64,000 nt of DNA from Mustelus asterias (taxonomy: Eukaryota): positions 44,206,001 through 44,270,000 of the forward strand of contig NC_135804.1 in the NCBI RefSeq assembly GCF_964213995.1, given 5' to 3'. Shown here piece by piece: positions 1 through 12,800 of the stretch; within the stretch, counting starts at the first letter, position 1; every line of letters starts with the position of its first letter. A program made the position numbers and the translations under genes. The notes beneath the pieces were generated by a model. That model was given only the letters and a program-made list of their open reading frames with translations. It was not told where the DNA came from and searched no databases.

Positions 1-3000
1 ACACATCCAGGCGATCATTGCGCTTTGGTTTGGTTTGTTTTGCTATCAAAACGTGAGGAACTTTTATTTTAAGAAAGAGAAAATTAATACCAGAAGGAGT
101 CTAGCACTTTCACTGTGCAGTTGGTAGAGTGTAAGAACTGGCTGGAATAATAAGGCTAAAACTAAAGTGCCATCCTTTAACCTAATTACATCCAATCAGT
201 GTCGTGTTTTATGCAAAGCAATCATCTGGTGAACTTTGCTAATGAGTTCGATTTTATGCCAAATTTAGTCCTCATTACTATCGCAAAAAAGCACAGCCGT
301 GCTATATATGAGGCAGAGAGAAGTGAATGCATGCTGACATCCATACAAGATAACCTCGCCTCGACTTTTCTCACCCCACCCCCACAAGTTGTGTTCGTTT
401 ACCATGTAAATTCGCTTAAGTCTCCGGTGTTGGCCGCAAGCTTTTCTTAAGACATTTTTTTTTGCGCTGTTCATATTTCCCCCCCACCTTCAATGCTACG
501 ATACTGGAACCCATTCAGTTAAAAGTATTGACTTGAACTTTTCCCAGATTCGCAGGTAGGTGTCACACTTGTTCCGAACAGAAAATCACCGTACTTTCAA
601 CTAAGTGCCAAAAAGGCATTTTTAAACCATTTTTTTTAAAAAATCGAATCAGATAGCACTCCCTGCAACAGTAACCCTCCGATTCACAAACCAGGGACGA
701 TCAAATTAACGTGATACTTTACAATACGGAAGTAAATCACCCTCCTATTATTTGATGCGAATAATTTCACTCCCCATGTCCTGAAAATGTCGCCCTACCT
801 CCAAGTCTGATGCGACGAAAACCAGAAATTATTTTTTTTTGTGTGAAATATTGTCTGTGTATCGAGTTTGCTGGAAGGAGATAGAAATATTTGAATTGTA
901 TTTTTGTAAGAACTATACCAAGAGCTTTTACTAATTTATGCGGCTGTTTTTTTTGCAAAACAATGGAATCGGAAATGTTTGTAAATAAAATCTCAGCCTG
1001 ATTTTTCCAAATGCAACGTGATGCCTCTTGTTTATGTTTCTGTAGAATGGATTCAGCCCGACTATCCTAATTTAAAAGATCAACAGATTGAGAAATTAAA
1101 TATTAATGACAGAGTCCTCTAAATCTTTCGCTGCAGTAAAAGGGAAAACGAAAAAAGAGCTCATTTATAGTGGCAATTAAATTGAAGATGTCAGCCTCCT
1201 TTCCCTCAATTGAATTTAATCAGCGAGCCCATTAAATATTGTATAAAAGCCCCACATTTCGACCTAATCTACGGGTAATTTAAAGTTAGCTGGGTGGAGA
1301 GGAACTGGTTTAAATTTTGTACTTGACACGTATATATTTTGTTAATGTAAAATTACTCATGCTATTTGTATTTCCAGCGGTCTTTCACCACAGATAATAC
1401 AGGAAACTCTTGGGCTGTCAGACTAAAATCGAACGCCGGCACGTGTGTTTCATACATTTAGTGAATTTTCCAACCAACTGCAATGATAACTTACCACAAT
1501 GTGAATGTTTTCACAATTAAAACCTGAATAAAATACACATTTTTAAAAATAAAAAAGCATGGTTTCATTGGATAGGATCTGAATGTGCCGTCTGCATGTC
1601 ATTAGAACCCATCATACATTTAGACTGTTACTTGTCATAAACGTACGATTAATTCGGAACCTAAATATTACTCAGGTGCACCGCAACCCTCGCTATTCAA
1701 AAATAAAAACCGCCCACATAACTGGTCTGTACACACAGCGAATTGGACAGGATGCTTTTCCAAAATGAAACATTTTTTTGCGATATTATTTACCAGCTAC
1801 CCGCAAAACGACTCCGTGATTATACCTCCCTTGAACAATCTTTATTCAATGTATAAAAGGAAGTACATTTGAAAAGACATTCGAGAAAAGCGGCTTCATT
1901 TGCCAATTCTCTCTAAAATGCAAAATCTCCAGTAGGAGTGTTTTTTTAAAAGTAAAAATGGGTTGCCATTATTCTTATTTAATTTCATCTTTCTTAATAT
2001 TTCAGTAAATTGTCGGAAAGTGTCTCAGGAGGCGAGTATAAATACCCCTTGTAACGATACTAACATGTTCAGAGTCTCCCGAACATTCAAATCAGAACTT
2101 CTATTTTTATCTGGTGCTAAAGTGTTAGCTGCACTGGCGTGATTGCAATATATCATCAGGCAGCACCATAATTATTAGTTTCCCCTCGCCTCCTTCCCCA
2201 TCTGGCCTTCTTCGGTGTATTCTATAGCAGACAAAAATAACCTGCAGCTTAAAGTTATGATCAGTTTCAAACAAGGAATTAGTAGTAAATTACTTTATTT
2301 CGTGGAATCTATGCAAATTAGTAGTGTGACTATGGTGTCTATTTTAGGAATTAAATTAATCTTTACTTAATTTTAAAGGATTAGTGACTTACAGGCGGTA
2401 TTAGTCTTAAGCTGATTTTTATATTTTTTCATAAAGAAATGATCTTTTATAAGTTGCTGAAGTGCATTAGCACAGATTTACAAATACTATTTCCAATGTT
2501 CTACACGCAGTCAGAATATCTCAGGACCAGCCGTAGTTAGTTACCTTGTGGTTTCCGACTAAATGATACGAGTTTTAGGGGTTGGTGGCCAGCGCGGAAT
2601 AGGCTGTGGTATAATCACCCACGAATCTTCCTCCAGGGCAGCCTTTATATATTAAAGAGGATTGATAGCCGAATATATTAATATTTCGCTATATTATTAC
2701 TGCAGCCCAGATCCCTCATGTCACCCAGATCTCTTATTTCATCCAGCAGTGAATATAATTAATGGCATAACTGGTGTCCTGAGTTCAGTAAACTTTTTGT
2801 TTCTAACTGTTCAGAATATTTATTATTTGGCCAGTCTTCTGCAGACCCTGCACAGTACACGCGCAGGAACATGCATGCGTGCTGGGTCTGATTCAGCATT
2901 CAAATTTCCACGCATACGAGTGCGTACAGATGCACATGCATGCATATACACACAGGTGTATGTGTGCATGCGTCTACCTGTTCCTGCACAAGAACTATGG

Positions 3001-6000
3001 CCAATACGCACCGGCATTCTATCTGCTTCCTCAGATCAAAATGAAAGGGGTTGTGTGTCGACCTGTATAATTACCATAATTTTTTAACTTATTAAACACA
3101 CGTTTGCTGCACCTAAAACAATGCAATTTCGTCGTTTATACACTCTTGCTCCTCTCCCGCTCCCCCCCCCCCCCCCCCCAGCCAAAAAAGACTCGATTCC
3201 TTTCTTACAAACGGGGCAAGCGAATGTTAAAGAAATGTCCGTGACTGCTGCAACTTTCAACTGCCTCATATACTTTCGGGAGTGCTGACACCGATATCTA
3301 TGTTTATTACAATTATCTAAAGGTACTTCCTCCGTGTTGCTTAAACATCGGTATGGATCTTCAGGCAATTTCGGCTCAATACAACAGATAAGATAACAAC
3401 GAGGATAACACTTAGGTCTCACCTCCGCAAACTTGGAATTTCTGTTTGAGAAGTGAAAATTGAGACATAAGAGTGCGCCTCAGTATGCAGGGAAACGTGC
3501 ACGGTTTTGAACAGGGCCTGTTTTATTAGCAACAAGATGATGTATGTAAAAATGCAGACAAGCACATGTTTATAAAAGAGAACCAGGCTGTCAGTGTGAC
3601 ATTTTCAATCAGTTAATGTGGAAAGACAAGAGAATGAACGTCAATATACTTGTAATTAAAGTATCAGTAAGGTATGAGAAAGATGGGTACAATTAAGCCA
3701 AGCAGTGTCTGTATTTATGCAAAAACGGACTGAAAACACAAGCAAAACAGTGAATATCGCCCCATCGCTGGAGAATCAGATTTCAGGTGGCCAAGAGCAA
3801 AGCGGTAAGCGAGGGACTACTGGAGATACAGACAATGACATGACACTGGAACTTCTAGAACTAAACTGCCCCCCCCCCCATCCCTCCCTCCCCACCCCGC
3901 CCCCACCGTAATGGTTCCCTTCCGTCCAAAATCTCTTTAAGAATTCAGTATTCCTTCCACACGCCGCACTCTGTCCTCAGTTTGCCCCCATTGACCAGTA
4001 AGAGGTGAAAAGTCTGTGTCCTCTTCCCAGCCGAGAATTCCTGGCATTCCACCCTTTACATGGTGAAAAAAAAAATCTGTGGAGTAACAACAAGCAGACA
4101 GCAACTGCTTTCAGTCCCAGCCATGCAGAGAGGGGGAGAGAGAAAAGGGAAAAGAAACATCAAGTATTAGTGTTCCTTCCTTCGCGCCTGACAGGTAATA
4201 GTGTCAAAGAGTCCGGATGGCCGCCACTTCCAGTTGGTTCCGCGGAATCCTGGGTTTCCTAAACCAACTCGGCTATAGCTGGAAGTAATGAGCCAATGAC
4301 GCTTCTTGTGCAGTATAATTCCAGCAACATTGTTAATGAAACAAAGGGGCAGTTTATTTTAAATCATCATGGGGGGAGGACGGGGGGGGGGGGGGAGGAC
4401 GGGGGGGGGGGCACTAATGGGTGTTCTAGGTCTTTGAGATAGTAACCTACAACTTTGATTAGCACATCCCTACACACTTGGTTTTCCAGGCTATGCTTCA
4501 TTTTAAAAAAAAGATGAATCCTTTCGGAAGCATATCATCATAGTGATAATCACAAATCTTCTTCAAAACTTGAAACTCTTGATCTCGAAGTGTGTTTAGC
4601 TAACCATGCGGCCCAGCTCCATGAAAGAGAATGAGCAAGTTCGATCAATACATTCTCGATGGTCTTACGCGATATTTCATATAGTTCTGGCTTTTGCAAA
4701 AAGAATAAAATTGATATTCGAGGCAGTTCTACCTATTGTCAAGGGATTCCTGCTTTACTGTTCGTGTGCATAATAAGTACAGAACCCAATTATAAACGCT
4801 ATCGGAAAATGAAGGGGCAGCACTGCTAAATTGGCATTATTTTGCAAGCAGTCTTACACTAAATATAAAATTACAGCCCGACTTCGCACGCGAAAACACC
4901 TTTGTTATTTTGTTGTCACAACTGGACATAAAGTGCAATTGCAAGTGGTTATCCAAACTTGGTACAAGAAGTTCCGTTCTTGTGAAGCTGTTTCTTATTT
5001 GACCATGCCCCCCTCCTTCAACCCTGTTAAAAGTTAGTTGCCTATTTAATCTACCGCCGCCGTCTCCAAATAAACTTCAGTATCCGGACAAGGTGGGAGC
5101 CGATAGCTCTTGTACGCTTTTGTCTGCGTCAGGGAGCAAAAGGTGCCGTTTGCACACTACATAAATAATCATTTGGAGAAAAACCTAAAAAAAATGGCCT
5201 ACAAATCGAGTCCATCTGGAGCTGATCGAGATGATCAAAGGCCCTGGTTTGCTTGGGCTAAAATGTTAGTCTGTCTGTGTCCTGCGAGCATATTTAGGAA
5301 ACTTGTTTCTGTACCAAGAGAGAGGGGGGAAAGAACTCCACTGATCCCAACCCTTGACATGAACCCAACAGGGAGACCGCTTTAAGAAAGCATTCAAAAT
5401 ACATTTGCAGAAAAGGATGGGATGGCGAACGAGACTTTTTTTAAAAACAAATGCCAACTTTGTTTGAAGTACTGGCTGGCGCCGCGGATGGGAAAACTGT
5501 GCCGGCTCCTAATGAATTGCAAGCCTCTCTGCATTGCGTATGTCAGTATAGTCCTGTTAGTGTGGTAATGAATGGATGGTCATCACTAACGTAAGTAAAT
5601 CAAATTACATAGTGTAGACTTAATAACTTCAACTGTTTTCCTAATTGCTTTAAAATGCCTTGTACAGTGTATACAATGAGCTCTGCGCCATTCGGAGACC
5701 CCAGGCTTCTTGGAAAAACCAATGGATTTTATTATTGAAAAATTATAACTAATTTTATGTGCGTTATATATTGGTCTCTCCGGTCCAATTGAGAATTATG
5801 TGCACTGCAAAAAAGAAATACTGGTGGATAATTAGTGGGGCACTATTATTTTATTGCAAATTATTTATCCCGAAATAAAAACTAACAAACAATATATCTG
5901 GTTTGAAAACTTTCATGTTAAAACATGTAATTAAAATCTGTTGACATTTGCGAAGGTGATGAAACCCATGGTTTAAGCGTCAATTTTTCAGTGGAAGGAG

Positions 6001-8600
6001 GCAGTTTTACCTTTTTTACAGTAAGTGGTTTGGCGGAGAACTATATATTTGGCTGCTTGAATAGTCAATATGTTGTGAACGGTAAGTGGTTGTTTGTGTA
6101 TACACCCGCTTGCTGTTACATTGATAAATAATCTGAAGTGACATTCTTAACCTTGCCCTTTTTTTAAGGATGAAAGGCTAACCCAAGTTTAACAGATCAT
6201 AAGGGCCGTAGAGCACATTATGGCGCTACAGTACACTTTCTAATGGTTATATGGGCGAGTGTTAAGGCGTGTCGACCACACATGTATAACATGCATCTGT
6301 GCAAGGCTGCCTTACAAGTCAAGCGACTGCAGAGGGGCTTAACTGCACCGCAAGGATATTTTATCGGCTTAAACGGTCACAGCGTTACACGAGCAAACGG
6401 GGCACATGGTCTAAGTGCACGGGAGGAAATCGATGGGCTGAATGCCCTTCTCTTAGCTCCATGCATGGATTTTTGAAACTTTTTGAACGTGATTGTCCCA
6501 TTCTCCCCGCTGCCTGAAATGCCCGGGCTGGACCTGTTGGAAGACTGGGCTGAATCAGCAAGCCTCAACTCTCCAAGGATCAGGAGTGAATTGGCTAAGC
6601 TTTTTAAAATAAATCTTCACTGTTTGAGTAATATTCCAAAATTACATACCAAACTTCTGATTTTATCTGGACTTGGTGTCTTTCAGCAGTCCCTTCTGCC
6701 TTAGCCAGTCTTTGTAGTTTTTTTTTGCTGTCGTCGCTCGCTCTTGTTCTCGCCTGTACTCTAAGAAGAAATGTAAATAGATTCCAGATTAAAAAGAAAT
6801 AAAACAGCCCGTCAATTCATTATGTAATAGGAATCTATTGACAAACGAGGTGATACGCTGTTAATTATTGCTATTATCCAGATGTACAAGTCAAGTTCTG
6901 CTATAGCAGCTTGCACAAACAAACCACTAGAGGCACTGACAAGAACCAGTCTGCCACTTCAGAACAACATCAAATTCAGTTAAAAAGTGTAAAGGGAATC
7001 CTATTATTTGACCTGGTTAGATTATTAGTAAGGACATCTGCGACTGGCAGCTTACCAAGAATTGCCAGAAACATATCCGGCTGCCCCCACCCCCTACCAA
7101 AGAAGAAAACAATATTATGTTAATTCCCAGCAGCCGCCTTTTCCCTCCCCTTCGATTCTGAAGGGGGGAAAATGGGCAGCAATAGAGAGAAAACAGAAGC
7201 GATTGCAAAGCAAATGACTGTTTCTGAAGTTACCTTTTGTGCGCGTCTGTAGGCAATCCTGTGGCATTTTCCTCACAAAAAGGGATTATAATACGCCACC
7301 GGCGTGGGATCAGGAGAGTTGGACTGGAGTACACTTTCAGTGAAATCGCAGAGGGGATAAGGGTCTTGCTTTATTTAATCATCAAATCCCGGGAATGAAG
7401 CTCTTAATTAATTATGGGCGCTAAAAATTCAGCCCAGCTGTTTCTGGAGCTTGGCGCGGGCTCGAGTGGAGAAAGACAAACTCTGGGCTGAGAACTGCGA
7501 GAGCACATTCAGCATAAATCACTTCCTAATGATAGTCCTTGGTGAAAATGAACCTGCTAATGACGGATAGTTTATTGTCCCGTACATTTCTATACCCTGT
7601 ACTGTACAACACTCTCTTCAGCCGAGTTGTTACCTATTAACGATTTTGCACTTCTAAATGTTAAAAGCCTTTTAAATATTTATGTTGAAACTGTAAACTG
7701 ACCTAGATATGGATTGTCACGATATGATTTACAACTGTATACAAACTTATCGAAAGTGGGGGAAAAAAAGAGCTACATCAGACAAGGTTAGCGAAGAAAC
7801 AGTCCGCATCTATTAAGGAAGGAGGTTTGAACACCAACGAGAAAGTAACGAAAAAACAAATTGGCTTGCCCCCTGTTTCTCCAGTTCGTACAGAAGTCTC
7901 TGGGGGAAAACGCGTGCTTGTGATTCTTGCAGCTGTTTGATAACACTCTGCACAGTCCTCAGACTGCTGATCCAGTTAGGTCCTATCAATGGACAGTGCA
8001 TTCTAAAATTTGAAAAATTCCCCACCCCATGTAACGTTGTTCCTCGTTCTTTTTAATACACGTACATTTGTGGTGTGTATGTGTATATAACTTATTAGCT
8101 CGACACAGTATAGCAAATATTGATATGCTTACAGATGCAGCAAGCGTATACACAACTGAAAGCCGGGAAATGCATTGCACACAGGGCTTCCTTGGCATGT
8201 GGCTGCATTTCTAGATTAGTTGCATTTCGCGGTTTTACGTCGAAGCGAACTGGTTTCGGTTTCGCACAGAGGCCTAGAGTCATTTAGGCGTGAAATTTCC
8301 TCAACTGCGGTTACACATGCGGCACCAATTGGGTAAAATAAAACCTGATCATAAAATGACCCCACCTGAGTGAATCGTAAGTTTACAAACTTTGCAAAGA
8401 AAAAATAAACTCACTCCTATTTTTTTGTTGATATTAAAAATGAACTGGCATTCAGATAATGAGCTGAACCGTGCACATGGTAAACACGCACATCTGTGTT
8501 GTTTGGCAGGACAGAACTCTGCTATTCTCCATACAGCCTTCACCTGGGATAATGGGTTAAATAATACTGAATTGGTTACAATGCACCTTTATATTTTAAT
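1..8600. promoter_or_regulatory. TE-depleted, CpG-retaining domain (probable non-methylated regulatory/promoter region of an unidentified gene)
   Basis: CpGs are frequent despite the AT-rich background (e.g. ttcgcgcc ~4182, gcgccgcgga ~5478, ggcgcgggctcga ~7453), whereas sequence beyond ~10 kb is CpG-poor. No full SINE, LINE or MITE occurs here. CCAAT+TGACG at ~4293-4301 and many TAAT/ATTA clusters. Confidence 0.6.
4371..4411 (+). repeat. Tandemly duplicated G-tract (Gn-AGGAC)x2, G-quadruplex-capable
   Basis: ggggggaggac-G14-aggac-G11 read directly. Confidence 0.8.
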
Positions 8601-8654
8601 TAAAATGGTTCTAATAATGTAAAACGTTGCAACTTGAAAAACGGCTGGGCTTCC

Positions 8655-9112
8655 TTATTATATCTCTGTAACATCCTGAGTTACCGGGTTAATTCACCCA
8701 TCACCTGCTGTGCTGTGGCTACCAGTATGTTAACACGTAAATTTTAAAATTCCCATCCTTAATTTCAAATACCTCCATGATCTCACTCCTTTGCTATCTC
8801 CTCTCCAGTCCTACAAGCCTGCAAGATCTCTGTGCTCTACTAATGCTGACCACTTGCTCAGCCCAGATTTTCACCACACCACCATTGCCAACCATAACTT
8901 CAGCTGCTTGAGTCTTTAATTCAGGATTCCCCATCTTAAACCTCCCCACCCACCTTCCTGTCTTCCTTTAACCTTAAACCTTGCTTCTTAAATCTACCTC
9001 TTTGATCAATACTGTGCCACCTGTTCTCACATCTCTTTATGTATATGCTCCAGTGAAAGCACCTTGGGATGCTTTACCACATTCAAGATGTTATACATAA
9101 GCAGGTTGTTGT
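8655..9112 (+). mobile_element. L2-clade LINE, decayed 3' end
   Basis: Typical L2 3' region (ttttaaaattcccatcct...ctccagtcctacaa...gtgaaagcaccttgggatg...gttgttgt). The tail resembles the DeuSINE tails in this window. Confidence 0.6.
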
Positions 9113-9247
9113 AAAGTTGTGCAGATATAATATAACAGGTTGTCATGAATATTGTTACACAGGAGCCGAATCATACCTTCTATGATGGAGTTGACCTTAA
9201 GTTCTGCTAATTTCAGTTGAATATGGGTCAAATGGAGTAGAAACCTA

Positions 9248-9383
9248 GGTCGGAATTCTTCAGCCATTCATGCCCCACTACCACTGCCAGTGAGAACAGA
9301 GAATTTTGCACTCGGCTACATCTTCATTCACAGCAGCGGGACTGGAGAATTCCAGCCATGGGTGAGGTCGAAGAGTTCTGGCC
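9248..9383. mobile_element. ~135-bp PIF/Harbinger-like MITE, family M1
   Basis: TIRs ggtcggaattctt / aagagttctggcc. Internal sequence shared with 19682, 52558 and 59180. Confidence 0.7.
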
Positions 9384-9397
9384 TTTTTCTTTCCATT

Positions 9398-9830
9398 GTA
9401 GAATCATAGAATCCTAAAGTGCAGAAGGAGGCCATTTGGCCCATCAAGCCTGCACTGACAACAATTCCACCCAGGCCCTATCCCCGTAACTCTATGTATT
9501 TACTCTGCTAATTCCCCTGACACTGAGGGTGGAATTTTGCAGGCATGTTCACCCAAGTTTCATACGATCCTGCCCGAGGCCAATGGAGAATGCCGTTCCC
9601 CGAGCCTCACCTGCCCCCGGCATGCCGGTAAAAGTCCAGCCTCAGGATCAGTTTAGCATAGCCAATCCACCTAACCTGCACATCTTTGGATTGTGGGAGG
9701 AAACTGGAGCACTCGGGGGAAACACATGCAGACAGGAGGAGAATGTGCAAACTCCACCCAGGCCGGAATTGAAACCGGGTCCCTGGCACTGTGAAGCAGC
9801 TGTCCTAACCACTGTGCCATCGTGCCACCC
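9398..9830 (-). mobile_element. HE1-type tRNA-derived V-SINE, interrupted by a MITE
   Basis: Minus-strand box A (TGGCACAGTGG), box B (GGTTTCAATTCC), V-domain and CR1-type tail (ctatgattcta). Confidence 0.9.
9527..9641. mobile_element. PIF/Harbinger-like MITE, family M2, nested in HE1
   Basis: TIRs gggtggaatttt / aaaagtccagcc. Flanks tga/tca sit where uninterrupted HE1 copies have a single taa. Confidence 0.7.
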
Positions 9831-12800
9831 TTAGATGTGCCTTTGGACAATATTCAACAACTGCCTAACTTCGGCTGCATCAACCTTTTACCAGTTGCTG
9901 CTCTGCCAGTGAATTTATGCCTCAAGAATAGTAAAACAACATGTGAAAACAATAACAGCAAACTTTCAAAAGAATTTATGGCACAAAATTAACTTTTTGC
10001 TGGTAATTGTTAACTACAAAACTACATGCAACAATCCAGTTCATTTTAATTTCTATTATGAAGTTACTATAGGCAATATGTTTGGATGAATGGAAAGAAA
10101 CCAATGAGCAAACTGTCATTCAGCAGCATTTTATATGAACTGATCTGAACCTATCAAATCATTAGGGAGGAGAGAGAGAGCAATAAAGAAACAGCAATGA
10201 GAATGGCAAAAATTATCAGCAGACGGCTCCTGAAAAAAGCAACAAAAAAGATTCATAAAAATGCACTGGGAGAGATGGAAAACTTTGAGGAGGAGAGAAA
10301 CAAGCAAAGAGATGGATAGATGTATAGATTCAGCAAGACAGAGAACAGGAAGAAGGAGCGGCAAATTGAGATCAATGAGAGGAGAGAAGGATGAAAACAT
10401 TCCAATAGCGAGTTGGTTGTGATAAAGATGCAGACTGTGAAGGAAAGAAAATTACATGCAGGAACCAGGAGCTAAGTCTGATAAGGCAAGAACAAGTGAA
10501 TAAGTTGTGCGTCGCTGCAGGTCTACTAATTTCCTTCATCTATCTCTCACTCTATTATGAGGCTGCATCTTAATTTATCTTGGGAGAGAGATAGTTTAGC
10601 TGTACATGAATCTGAAAGGGTCAATTTTTGTGAGGGAGCAGTGAGCAAACATTGTAAATAGTGTCAACGATAGTATATGAGTCCCATAAACTATCAACCA
10701 ATGTGCCTGGCGACTATACATGTAGTATAAATACACAAACTAGATTCCTTCTATAAAGCTGTTTAGGGAGCTCCATAAAACGTGTCACATTGCAAAGGGG
10801 ATATCATTGAAAGGCCGTTGTACATAGTTGGTTAGGGAATGGAACCATAAGTAACATTTACTGTCCCAGAGGGCAGGCTACAGTTATAGTAGAAATTAGT
10901 GCTTACATGTGCATATGTGTGTGTTGCTAACCTCACAATGCCAAACTGTTCAAGTATTCCCTGTATATGTGTATGTCCAGTATATAGTAAGTGTGTACCT
11001 GTGCACACTTCTACAGTGCCCAAAATGATTTGATAGAAGATGTCTGCTGTTTAAGTAAAAGATCATATTTGATTGAGGTGCTTTTGTAATTACCTAGCTT
11101 ACTCGTAGTCTCCTAACAGCTGTTTCTTGGTACTATTTTAGAGGTTTTAGAGATAAAAGTCACAATTTTTATTTAATGGTAAAACGGTACAATTTGCCCA
11201 GACATCCCTTTTCCTAAAAGAAATAGGCTTTTATTCGTTGAAACCAAACCAGACACTTTGCTTAAGCTTGATGGATGCAAATGTAAATGCGCACTTATTT
11301 AATTGGATCAGGTCCCAAGATAAAAGAGATAAACGGCTCCCAGTTTGCCAAGTTATTTTCAGAGGCATGCAGTGATGTGTGTAGCGAAAGTTAATGAAGA
11401 AGCAAAGAGACAAACTGTACTTAAAATACCTTGGGTCTAGACTTGTTGAAAGGAAGCCTAGAGTTTTTTTTTACATGCGGGAGAATTTGAGAGAAGCATT
11501 GACATGCCCTTCAGTGGAACAGGTGGTGGTTTGTGGAGGATATCTGCTAAACATTACTGAAATAACAGGCGACCGTGGAGAGATCAATTTTTCTCTAGAT
11601 GAAGCTCTGGTAATACCTGATGAATTAAAAGCTGCATCAAGTTTCATCAGTGTGCACTTTTTGTTCTTTGGTTGCACTTCAAGCAATCACTTCACCTCAT
11701 AGTGTGCAATCAAGCATCCACTGCAAAAGCAATTATTACAAAAACGCCTATATCACTGTATTTACTTGTTTTATCTCTGTGGTTTACATCCATATGCATG
11801 AGCCATTAACAGACAGTTATTGATACAAACACAGTTTTTGTTGCTAAAGGCCTTCCAAAACAAATTCTCCGGCTGAGTGCCAATGTATGCATGTTGGCTT
11901 GGTGCAAGCTGATTAGTGAGATGATTTACAGCCTAACAGAAAGGATGATACTGTCAAGGCAGCAATTCAAAAAGACAAGATAGCACACCCGCAAGGCTTC
12001 GTTCATGTTAACGTAAACCACCCAACAAATCAAGTCCTACACCACAAATACCTGAAACAGTCAAGCAATCAATTGGCTGCAGATTAAATGCAGTCTCTAT
12101 TACCAGTTTCTCTGGTAATTTGTTACACTGACAATAGTATCTCCTAGCTGTATGAAACCACCCCACCTCACCTGTCCAACTGCGTGAGAATGAAGATATT
12201 TCAGGACCGCAGCAGGGCACCTAATACAACAGTTGCAATATTGCTTCTGTTTTCTACCCTTACAAATGGCAAGACAATAAGTCTGAATGGTGGCCCACAA
12301 AGCACAGGGGTCAAATGCTGCAATTTCAGCTACATACAGTTGTTCCTTTTGTCACCAGACTTTTCCCCCCTGTTCATTAATAATAAAACAAAATCTTTCT
12401 CTTCACTAGCTGTCCTTGATGGAGAAAACCTTACTCTGTAATAAACTTAGGGACTTTGATCTTAGACCATTCACTTAGGTCTTTATTTTAGCTGGAATCA
12501 GTGGCAAAACTATGTGAACTTATTGTTCACACTTGCTGCGCTTCTGGTTTAGAAAGAACTGATTTATTAGCTTGTCAAGGGAAGCATTGTTCAAGAAGGC
12601 AATCAAAAAGCACTTACCTAGCTAAACTAAAATTACTGGCTTTTCACTGGCTAATTTGTATAACTCCCATGGAGCAGCTTGGAAAAGGTTTGATGAGGCA
12701 TAAAATGATGATTAATGAATTTATTGCCCTGGTGCTCATCAAATAGGAGTGTGATTTGTTCTCTTGGTGTAGTGTCAGTTGCATACAGAGAATAGCCAAA

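Noticed and set aside
4031-4194. Plus-strand exon (ctcttcccag ... cag|gtaata)
   Set aside because: No recognisable coding content, and the sites are within chance expectation. Not supportable without RNA data.
4226-4286. pre-miRNA hairpin
   Set aside because: The stem is interrupted by a large asymmetric bulge and contains no mature miRNA I recognise
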